Shown: piece after piece, positions 8,861-16,842 of the stretch
Numbering within the stretch: position 1 is the first letter of the stretch
How the letters are laid out: the number at the start of each line of letters is the position of its first letter
NCBI GenBank assembly: GCA_044376115.1
Contig: JBILLK010000020.1
Span: 64,001-128,000, forward strand
From: Polyangiaceae bacterium
GTDB taxonomy: Bacteria; Myxococcota_A; Polyangia; Polyangiales; Polyangiaceae
DNA: 64,000 nucleotides
Direction of reading: 5' to 3'
Program-made: the position numbers and the translations under genes
Notes under the pieces: model-generated
Seen by the model: only the letters and a program-made list of their open reading frames with translations
Told to the model about the DNA's origin: nothing
Databases searched by the model: none

Positions 8861-10332
8861 CGTTCCTCCGAAAGCACCCAGGTATCCTTCGACCCGCCAC
8901 CCTGGCTCGAGTTGACCACGTAGGACCCCTCACGCAGCGCGACCCGCGTAAGCCCGCCGGGCAAGACCCAAGGACCGGATGGTCCGGTCAAAATGTACGG
9001 CCGCAAATCGACGCGACGTGGCACCAAGGAGCCGCGCTCAGCGTCCCAGGTCGGACAACTCGAGAGCTCCACCCGGTGCTGGGCAACGTAGCTACGCGGG
9101 GAGGCCTCGATACGACGTTTGAACTCCTCGCGCTCCGCCGCCGTCGACTGTGGCCCCATCAACATTCCGTACCCACCGGCCTCGTCGACCGCCTTCACCA
9201 CCAACTCCTCGAGATGCTCCAAGACGAAGCGTCGATCGTCCTCACGAGCACAGACGAAAGTCGGGACGTCAGCCAGGATCGGGTCCTCCCCCAAGTAGTA
9301 GCGAATGATCTCTGGAACCAGGGCGCATACGGCTTTGTCATCCGCGACGCCGTTGCCCGGGGCGTTGGCCAAAGTGACGTTGCCCTTGGCCCACGCACGC
9401 ATGATGCCGGGCACGCCTAACAAGCTATCTGCGCGGAAGGCCTCCGGATCGAGGAAGGCGTCATCGATACGCCGGTAAACCACGTGCACGCGACGCAGCC
9501 CGAGCGTGGTTCGCAGGTAAACGCAGTCGTCCTCTACCGTCAGGTCGCTGCCCTGAACCAACTCGACACCCATCGTACGTGCGAGGAAGCTGTGCTCGAA
9601 GTAGGCCGAGTTGAACGGCCCTGGCGTGAGCACCACCACCAACGGATCCTCAACGCCCTCGGGGGCTACCGCGCGCAACGTTTCAGCGAGCTTGGCTGGG
9701 TAGACGTCCACCCGCCGCACCCGCGCCTCGGCAAAGATGGTGGGAAATACCCGCTTGGTTACCAATCTATTCTCGATCACGTAGGAGACGCCGGACGGCG
9801 TACGGAGGTTATCCTCCAGCACACGGAACACCCCATTACCGTCGCGTATCAAGTCTATACCGGCGACGTGGATCCTGACTCCACGCGGCGGCCGTAGACC
9901 TCGCAGACGAGGCAGATAGTGCTTTGCACCAAGCACGACCTCAGCTGGGATGGTTGTGGAGGTCAGGAAGCGCTGCTCGCCATACACGTCATCAAGAAAC
10001 AGCTGGAGAGCTTGAATACGCTGCTCGAGGCCGCGCTCGACCACGGACCAATCTGCAGCGGTGACGACCCGGGGGACCAAGCAGAAGGGGAAGATCTTCT
10101 CGGCTCCGCGTTGGTCGCTATAGACGGAGAAGGTTACCCCTTGATGTAGAAGTGACAGCTCGGCCAGTGCTTGAGAGCGTGCAAGAAGGCCGGCTTTGGT
10201 TGCCAAAAGAGAGCGAAGCGGCTTTACCAACTCCGGGCGCACGGCGCGCTGCTGATTGAAGAGTTCATCCCACGTCCCAGCGATGGGCTGATATTGAGTA
10301 AAAAGGTCCTCCTCAGCGTTTGCGAGGGTCAT
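8857..10332 (-). CDS. Circularly permuted type 2 ATP-grasp protein (DUF404/DUF407)
   Basis: GIDLIRD, VLEDNLRTPSGVSY, NSAYFEH, YRRIDD, NAPGNGVADDK, PGGLTRVAL and VVNSSQGGGSKDTW. ATG overlaps the upstream stop (TGATG). Confidence 0.95.
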   Translation of the reverse strand: MTLANAEEDLFTQYQPIAGTWDELFNQQRAVRPELVKPLRSLLATKAGLLARSQALAELSLLHQGVTFSVYSDQRGAEKIFPFCLVPRVVTAADWSVVERGLEQRIQALQLFLDDVYGEQRFLTSTTIPAEVVLGAKHYLPRLRGLRPPRGVRIHVAGIDLIRDGNGVFRVLEDNLRTPSGVSYVIENRLVTKRVFPTIFAEARVRRVDVYPAKLAETLRAVAPEGVEDPLVVVLTPGPFNSAYFEHSFLARTMGVELVQGSDLTVEDDCVYLRTTLGLRRVHVVYRRIDDAFLDPEAFRADSLLGVPGIMRAWAKGNVTLANAPGNGVADDKAVCALVPEIIRYYLGEDPILADVPTFVCAREDDRRFVLEHLEELVVKAVDEAGGYGMLMGPQSTAAEREEFKRRIEASPRSYVAQHRVELSSCPTWDAERGSLVPRRVDLRPYILTGPSGPWVLPGGLTRVALREGSYVVNSSQGGGSKDTWVLSEER

Positions 10333-13300
10333 CACACTACCTCCTCGAACTCGCTGGGCTCAGGTATTGGATGGTCCATGGAGAATCGGCGCAGATCGAG
10401 GGTATGGGGAGCATCCGGATGCGCTGAGCTTGGTGCTACGCGCACTGGGCGCAACGTTGGGCCCTCAATCGTAAAGCGTTGAGCACGGCGTGCTGCGGCT
10501 TCAAAGCGGGTAAGCGGCGGTAGGTCATAGGCGCGGCCCTCAGGGTGCCAAACGTGATAAGCGCAGGCCGCGAGGGAGCGGTTCGCCCAACGGTCAATGA
10601 CTTCAAAGCGCAGCGGGTGATGAACGCCGAGATGTGGGTGCAAACTGTGGGGCGGAGCCCAGGCGCGGAATCGCACCCCCGCGACGAACTCGCCAGCCAC
10701 GCCCGTCTTGCGCAGAGGCAGCTCGCGGCCATTGACAACGACCTGATAACGCTCTGGAACGAAGCCCGTTACGCGCAGCTCGACCCGCTCCATCGAGGAG
10801 TCGACGAAACGAGCAGTGCCGGTGGCGACGAGCTCCTCACCGAGCACGTTCCAAGGCTCAATGGCGTTGCGTAGCTCCAAGCTGACATCACCAACCTCCA
10901 GCACCCCAATCACTGGGAAGCGATGTTCAAGGAATACCCGATAGGCCTCCGCCGGCAGCCCGAGCTCAGCGCGATCGAGGTGCGCCAGGACCTCCTCGAA
11001 GTCGCGCCAGATCCAGGTCGGCAACAGGAAGCGGTCATGCAGTAACTGTCCCCAGCGCACGAGCGGTGCGCGGTAGGGCTGCTTGACGAAGGATGCGATC
11101 AAAGAACGCAACAAGAGCGTCTGCGCCAAGGTCATTCGAACGTGCGGTGGCATCTCAAAGGCGCGCAACTCGACGATGCCTTGGCGCCCGTACGAACTCT
11201 GTGGGTCGAACAGCTTATCGATGCAGATCTCGCTGCGATGGGTATTGCCTGTTAGGTCAACGAGCAGATGGCGGAACAGGGCATCCGCAAGCCAGGGGGG
11301 CGGGTTGTTCGCTGGCTCATGCGCCTTGGCCAACGCGATTTCGAGCTCGTAGAGCGAATCCAAGCGGGCTTCGTCGACGCGTGGGGCCTGCGAGGTGGGC
11401 CCGACGAATAGACCGCTAAAAAGGTAGGAGAGCGACGGGTGATGCTGAATGAACGTAATTAGACTGGCCAGTAAGTCGGGACGGCGAAGGAACGGGCTCG
11501 AAAGCGGAGTCGGCCCGCCAAAGGTAATATGATTGCCGCCGCCACTTCCGGCCTGCCGACCGTCCAGCTGGTACTTCTCTGCGGAGAGCCCCGAAGCGAG
11601 GGCCGCAGCAAAGACGCTATCCATGAGCTTGACGTGCTCTCGGCAGCTCCGTGTTGGCGGGATGTTCACCTCGATCACCCCAGGGTCCGGCGACAACGAG
11701 AAGTGGAATAGCTCAGGGGACTTGGGCGGCGGATAGCCCTCGAAGGCAACGGTAAGTCCGAGCTCTGCTGCACAACGATCCACCTTGGAGACAAGCTCAC
11801 AGAAGCGCTCAGCACTCGGCTGCGGCGGAAGAAACACGAACAGCGTCCCTGCGCGCACTTCGACACAAAGCGCAGTTCGCAAGCCACGAGCCGGAGCCGC
11901 AGCCGCGCCAGTCTCCAGCTTGAGCTGTGCGGAGTCGTCGGCCCGCCTCGGATCACGCTCCCCCTCCCAGCGCTCCTCCGCCGGTTCTGGCGGGCCTTCC
12001 CCCTCGATCGAGCGCAGCGGGAGCCGCAGGCCCAACGGGCTATCCCCGGGAATGAGATAGAGGCGCTCGCGGCGAAACGACCAGCGAGCCGTGAGCCAAC
12101 CTTCTACAGCGGCCGGCGCTAATGGTAATACCCAGCCAACGGGAGTACGTAGCCCCCGGTCCAAGACCAACGCCAAACGACGGCGCTCTTCGGGTGAAGT
12201 GAGATCGACCGAGTGGGGATCGACCCCCATCGGCAATAGCGACTCTTCACGCAAGTAATGCCATGGATCCTCGAACGCAGGCTGCGCCGAACCAGGCTCG
12301 AGTTCGAGGGCGGAGCTCAAGGCGAGCGCGAGCCGCTCCGCGTCGTCAACAGTCGGCTGGGTCCTCGAGCGGGATGAAGAGCCATCGCGAACCAGCGCAC
12401 CACCATCTCGTCGAGCCACCACCTCGAGCGCCCACCGCGGCAGGCTCTCTCCGGGGTAGTGTTTGCCGAAGCCGTGGAGCAAGAGTCCGCCTGGCGCGAG
12501 GGTCGGGATGAGCGCCTGAGCAAACCGTAAAGCCTGCGACCACTTGGTCTCACCGAGCGCAGCGGCATTCCACTCGGGCTTCTCAGGATGAAGCCGAGAG
12601 CTAAAGGTCGGCTCTCCACCCATCGTTAGTGTGATGCCCGCGGCCTCCAGATTGGCATCAACCTTGTCGGCGGCTCCAAGCAGCTCGCTCCAGACCTCCT
12701 CGGTGAATGGGGCCGTGGGGCGCGGCTCGTGCCCGAGCCGGGTGACCGTCATTTCGAAGCTGACCTGAGAAGCGACAATGTCGCTCGTGCCTTCGATCGG
12801 AGCCGCTGACGAAGGCCGCGCCGTACATGCTAATGGGATATGCCCCTCCCCGCAGAACAGCCCGCTGGTCGCGTCGAGCCCAATCCAACCAGCGCCAGGC
12901 AGATAAACCTCAGCCCAAGCGTGCAGGTCAACAACGTCCTTAGGCACTCCGCGCGGCTCATCAGGGATCATGCCTTCGTCGGTTAGCTGCACCAGGTAGC
13001 CACTCACGAAGCGGGCGGCGAGCCCCCGAGATCGCAGCGCTGCTACGAGTAAAACGGCTGAATCGCGACAGCTCGCCTCCCCGCGCGTCAGCGTCTCTTC
13101 GGGGAGATACACGCCGGTCTCTTCGCGAATCACGTAGCGAAGCTTGGCGTTGACGGCTCGATTGACGGCCACCACGAAGTCCACCGTAGGGCCGGTGTGG
13201 GGGAGCTCCGCCAAGAACGCCGCGAGCTTCGGTCCGCCTGCGATCGCAGGGTCGGTCGTCGACAGGTTCGGTGCCAGATCCTTCTGCAGATCCTCGGCGT

Positions 13301-13613
13301 ACTGAAACGGGACCTCTTTGCAGCGCGGGTCGACGAAGAAGTCGAACGGGTTGACCGGCCGAACATCGACGGCCAGCTCCACGGTCAGGTCGAGCGAGGG
13401 CACACGCTCGCCCGCTCGAAAGGTCAATCGTGCAGCATGGTTGCCGGCAGGATCTTGCTGCCAACGCACGGCGCACGGCTGCTCGACCACGAGGGCATAG
13501 GACTCAATCTTGGCCTTGGCGTGCGTTGCGGGCCGAAGCCGCACGGTGTGAGGGCCCAGAGCAGCCGGTGACTCGTAAACATATCGACTTCGATGCGTGA
13601 GGAGGAGTCGCAC
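10332..13613 (-). CDS. Transglutaminase family protein with DUF2126 putative amidoligase domain
   Basis: SCRDSA / DLHAW / GLDATSG triad motifs, then TMGGEPTF, YPGESLPRW, PDPGVIEVN, GGGNHIT, GPTSQAPRVDE, GNTHRSE and ELRAFEMPP. Confidence 0.95.
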   Translation of the reverse strand: MRLLLTHRSRYVYESPAALGPHTVRLRPATHAKAKIESYALVVEQPCAVRWQQDPAGNHAARLTFRAGERVPSLDLTVELAVDVRPVNPFDFFVDPRCKEVPFQYAEDLQKDLAPNLSTTDPAIAGGPKLAAFLAELPHTGPTVDFVVAVNRAVNAKLRYVIREETGVYLPEETLTRGEASCRDSAVLLVAALRSRGLAARFVSGYLVQLTDEGMIPDEPRGVPKDVVDLHAWAEVYLPGAGWIGLDATSGLFCGEGHIPLACTARPSSAAPIEGTSDIVASQVSFEMTVTRLGHEPRPTAPFTEEVWSELLGAADKVDANLEAAGITLTMGGEPTFSSRLHPEKPEWNAAALGETKWSQALRFAQALIPTLAPGGLLLHGFGKHYPGESLPRWALEVVARRDGGALVRDGSSSRSRTQPTVDDAERLALALSSALELEPGSAQPAFEDPWHYLREESLLPMGVDPHSVDLTSPEERRRLALVLDRGLRTPVGWVLPLAPAAVEGWLTARWSFRRERLYLIPGDSPLGLRLPLRSIEGEGPPEPAEERWEGERDPRRADDSAQLKLETGAAAAPARGLRTALCVEVRAGTLFVFLPPQPSAERFCELVSKVDRCAAELGLTVAFEGYPPPKSPELFHFSLSPDPGVIEVNIPPTRSCREHVKLMDSVFAAALASGLSAEKYQLDGRQAGSGGGNHITFGGPTPLSSPFLRRPDLLASLITFIQHHPSLSYLFSGLFVGPTSQAPRVDEARLDSLYELEIALAKAHEPANNPPPWLADALFRHLLVDLTGNTHRSEICIDKLFDPQSSYGRQGIVELRAFEMPPHVRMTLAQTLLLRSLIASFVKQPYRAPLVRWGQLLHDRFLLPTWIWRDFEEVLAHLDRAELGLPAEAYRVFLEHRFPVIGVLEVGDVSLELRNAIEPWNVLGEELVATGTARFVDSSMERVELRVTGFVPERYQVVVNGRELPLRKTGVAGEFVAGVRFRAWAPPHSLHPHLGVHHPLRFEVIDRWANRSLAACAYHVWHPEGRAYDLPPLTRFEAAARRAQRFTIEGPTLRPVRVAPSSAHPDAPHTLDLRRFSMDHPIPEPSEFEEVV

Positions 13614-13693
13614 GCCTCTTCATATATCGAACGAATGTTTCGGCCTCGTTTCCTGCGTCAGCCACTTCGCTGGCTCGAGTTCCTGCGCAAAAG

Positions 13694-14116
13694 CTACTGA
13701 GCCGCTTGGCGCAAAGCCTCGAGTTGATCCCGAGCGATCCTCTCTGCGAGCGGCTTGATCACCCGCTTCAGGGCAAAGTCGAGCGCCCCCTCCCAGGTCT
13801 CAACCGAGCGTACGCGCGTCCCCGCGGCCTCGGCCTCGAACAAGAAGCGATGGCGAGCCCGCAGCAGAGGACTCCCGCCGCCCCAGGTGATCTCGCTAGC
13901 GCGGTCCACCACGAGCACCTCGATCGGCGTCACCACCGGCAAGCGCGCAATGTACATCGGCAACTTGTCGCCAACACGCAGCGGGCCACGAGAAGTGCCA
14001 ACCGGCCGAAAGGTAGCCGGCATCCAAGCGTGCCACGAGGGGTGGTCGGCGAGCTTGTCAAAGACAGCCTCGGGCGGGGCAGAAACAAAGATGGAGGCCT
14101 CTGCAATGAAGGACAT
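13694..14116 (-). CDS. SRPBCC/START-like domain protein
   Basis: IFVSAPPEAVFDKLAD..SW..W, HRFLFEAEAAGTRV and a C-terminal amphipathic helix. Start at 14116 or 14125. Confidence 0.8.
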   Translation of the reverse strand: MSFIAEASIFVSAPPEAVFDKLADHPSWHAWMPATFRPVGTSRGPLRVGDKLPMYIARLPVVTPIEVLVVDRASEITWGGGSPLLRARHRFLFEAEAAGTRVRSVETWEGALDFALKRVIKPLAERIARDQLEALRQAAQ

Positions 14117-14256
14117 TGTCGGCATCAGACCCGAGTGCGCCCACCTCGAGCAAGGCCTTCGCGCGCGATGGGCCGTTCGCCTTCAGATTCGCCTCGTCGC
14201 CCGGCCCGAGGCCGCTACAAAGTGCTACCCTCCGCGCGTTCCTCAGAGGAGAAGCC

Positions 14257-14811
14257 ATGTTCAAGAAAGTCGCCCAAGCAGCGTCCGCCGTCGTCAATCG
14301 CGCCGTCTACGGCAAAGCCCCCGAAGGTGGTCCCAGAGAGCTTGGCGCTATCACCTTCAAGCGGCTCGACGGAACCTCGCTCCCAATCGAGGAGCTCAGC
14401 GACAAGGTGCTCCTCGTCGTCAATGTTGCGAGCCGTTGTGGACTTACGCCGCAATACGAGGGGCTGGTCAACCTCTATCACCAGTACCGCGACCGAGGCT
14501 TGCTCGTGGTTGGTGCGCCGTGCAATCAGTTCCTGGGTCAAGAGCCGGGGAACGCCGGGGAGATAGCGTCTTTCTGCAGTGCGACCTACGGCGTTGATTT
14601 CCCCCTGCTCGAGAAGCAAGACGTCAATGGCGCCGAGCGCAGCCCGCTATACCAATTCCTGATTGGTAGTGAGGCTGGTGGCGGCGCCGACATTGCTTGG
14701 AACTTCGAGAAGTTCCTGATTGCGCGCAACGGCAAGGTCGTGAACCGGTTCTCGCCGCGGACGCTCCCAGATTCCAAAGAAGTCGTTAGCGCGATTGAAG
14801 CGGCGCTCTAG
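14257..14811 (+). CDS. Glutathione peroxidase family (Cys-type, BtuE-like)
   Basis: VNVASRCGLTPQY, PCNQF and WNFEKFLI. GAGGAG RBS before ATG 14257. Confidence 0.93.
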   Translation: MFKKVAQAASAVVNRAVYGKAPEGGPRELGAITFKRLDGTSLPIEELSDKVLLVVNVASRCGLTPQYEGLVNLYHQYRDRGLLVVGAPCNQFLGQEPGNAGEIASFCSATYGVDFPLLEKQDVNGAERSPLYQFLIGSEAGGGADIAWNFEKFLIARNGKVVNRFSPRTLPDSKEVVSAIEAAL

Positions 14812-14836
14812 CAACAAGCTGAGGCTCGGGGTGACC

Positions 14837-15199
14837 TCAGCGACGCTCGCTCGGGTCACCGTTACCGAGCCCGTTATGCTCCTTGAATAGCGCAAAGGCT
14901 CGATTGAGTTCCTTGGTTCGCGCTTCCGCGAGGCGCCTGAGTTCTGGTGAAAGGCTCGCTGCGGTATCCGGGTGAACCTGTTTTACCAAGTCGAGGTAGG
15001 CCTCGCGCGCGGTGTCCAGCGATGCACCGCTTTCGATCCCCAGAATCTCGTGGGGCAGCTTTCCGCCGAGGCGCTCTGGCTCCTGCCGCTTGGTAGAACC
15101 CCGCGAGCGCTTGGTCGTGGGCGCGAACAGCTTACTCTTCGATAGCGCGCGCCACGCCACCCACAGCACCGCAGCGATTAGCAGATAGCGGAATAGCAC
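14837..15199 (-). CDS. Small membrane-anchored J-domain protein
   Basis: N-terminal hydrophobic helix; PHEILGI...AY..LVKQVHPD...ELNRAF with the HPD motif. Confidence 0.85.
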   Translation of the reverse strand: MLFRYLLIAAVLWVAWRALSKSKLFAPTTKRSRGSTKRQEPERLGGKLPHEILGIESGASLDTAREAYLDLVKQVHPDTAASLSPELRRLAEARTKELNRAFALFKEHNGLGNGDPSERR

Positions 15200-15853
15200 T
15201 CAGGGCTCGCTCGAGAGACCGACGAACGGAGCTAGCGCAACGCGGATGGCCGCCTCCACGCTTTCAATATCCCCATCCCCGTGGACGTGAACAACTTTGT
15301 CTCCGGGAACCAACGCATCCGCGTGGGTATAAGCCTTGGCCAGCCGCGCTTGGAGCGCGAGCGTCTCGTACAGGTCCTCGACCCCACCACGTTGCCGCCT
15401 GCGTTCTGCCGCCACTTCAGCGGAGACATCCACGACCAGGGTAACGTCGGGCCGACGCGCAAAGCGATTCAACCCTCGGATCCAGGCCACGACCTCATGC
15501 GCCTGCAACCCGGAATCCGAGGCGACCGATTGGTACGCCAAACTCGAGAGATCGTAACGGTCACTGATTACGACCTCGCCGCGATTGAGCGCTGGCTCGA
15601 TCTCGCCGCGCACGTGATCCAGCCTATCGGCAGCGAAAAGCTGCGCCATAACGTCGAACGAAGGAGACGAAGCCAGTGCGGCCTTGCCGCTCAAGATCGA
15701 GCGAATGAAGGTTCCGATGAGGCCCGTCGAGGGCTCTCGCGTCACGTGGACCGCGATCCCGCGCGACCGAAGATAGGCAGCATAGAGCTCCATCTGGGTG
15801 GTCGTCCCGGCGCCGTCGATCCCTTCGATCACGATGAAGGTTCCACTCTTCAC
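15200..15853 (-). CDS. tmk: dTMP kinase
   Basis: FIVIEGIDGAGTTTQ, TREP, LFAADR and VISDRY..SSLAYQ. The P-loop reads GAGTTT rather than GxGKT. Confidence 0.92.
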   Translation of the reverse strand: MKSGTFIVIEGIDGAGTTTQMELYAAYLRSRGIAVHVTREPSTGLIGTFIRSILSGKAALASSPSFDVMAQLFAADRLDHVRGEIEPALNRGEVVISDRYDLSSLAYQSVASDSGLQAHEVVAWIRGLNRFARRPDVTLVVDVSAEVAAERRRQRGGVEDLYETLALQARLAKAYTHADALVPGDKVVHVHGDGDIESVEAAIRVALAPFVGLSSEP

Positions 15854-16722
15854 GACACACCTCGCAAGGGCGAGCCCTCTTCACCAAGCACGACGTTATC
15901 GATCAAACGCGCGCCGCCGAGCCGCACAGCCAGCGCCAGTAGGGCGCGCTCTTGGACTTCACCTTGCAGCGGCTCGATCGATTGGGAGTCGGCCAGGGTG
16001 ACGTAATCGACGGAGTCCACCTCGCTCGCGACGGCATCGAGCGCAACGGCCCGTAGCCGCTCCACATTGCGTTCCCCTCGAGCGAACGAAGCGACCGCTC
16101 GATCGAGAGCGAGGGGGATGGCGCGCGCCCGCGCGCGGTTCTCCGGCGAAAGGTAGCGGTTACGCGAACTCATGGCCAAGCCGTCTTCCTCTCGCACGGT
16201 CGGCACACCGACCACTGTCACCGGGAAGAAGAGGTCCGTCGCCATGCGCTCGATCAGCTTCAATTGCTGGTAGTCCTTGCGACCGAAGCAAGCAACCGAA
16301 CGGCCCGCGAGCGAGAACAACTTCGCGACGACCGTCGATACGCCCTCAAAATGCGTTGGGCGAACCTCGCCGCAGAGGTAGCGCGGCAGCAGCGAGAGCT
16401 TGACCCGCGTTTCATCTCCTTGCGGGTACATCGCCTCGGCAGACGGCGCAAAGACCACACTCGCACCGGCCGCCTGCGCAAGTTCCACGTCGGCGTCCAG
16501 CGTTCGCGGGTACTTGGCGAAGTCCTCCGAAGGACCGAATTGTGTCGGATTGACGAAGACGGTCACCGCGACCACGTCAGCCCGGCGAGCCGCCTCCTCG
16601 ATCAAGACCGCGTGGCCCCGATGCAGCGCCCCCATGGTTGGAACCAGACCGACGCTCTTGCCCGAGGCGCGAAACTCTTCGCACTGCGCCTGAAATTCGA
16701 GCGGGGCGAACACCTTTCGCAT
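15850..16722 (-). CDS. panC: Pantoate-beta-alanine ligase
   Basis: VPTMGALHRGH, FVNPTQF, RPTHFEGV, FGRKDYQQ, DGLAMSSRN and RLIDN. Likely start ATG 16722. Confidence 0.96.
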   Translation of the reverse strand: MRKVFAPLEFQAQCEEFRASGKSVGLVPTMGALHRGHAVLIEEAARRADVVAVTVFVNPTQFGPSEDFAKYPRTLDADVELAQAAGASVVFAPSAEAMYPQGDETRVKLSLLPRYLCGEVRPTHFEGVSTVVAKLFSLAGRSVACFGRKDYQQLKLIERMATDLFFPVTVVGVPTVREEDGLAMSSRNRYLSPENRARARAIPLALDRAVASFARGERNVERLRAVALDAVASEVDSVDYVTLADSQSIEPLQGEVQERALLALAVRLGGARLIDNVVLGEEGSPLRGVS

Positions 16723-16842
16723 GGGCCCTCTTAAACCAACTGCGCTCGGAAAGCATCGATCCCGCGGCGTTCTGCGGACCGCGGCATCCGCGCGGTAGCA
16801 ACGAAATCGCGCATGGCGCACACTGAATGCTAGGCTCGCCGC

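Noticed and set aside
14257..14811. Possible selenocysteine glutathione peroxidase
   Set aside because: The active-site codon is TGT (Cys) and there is no in-frame TGA.
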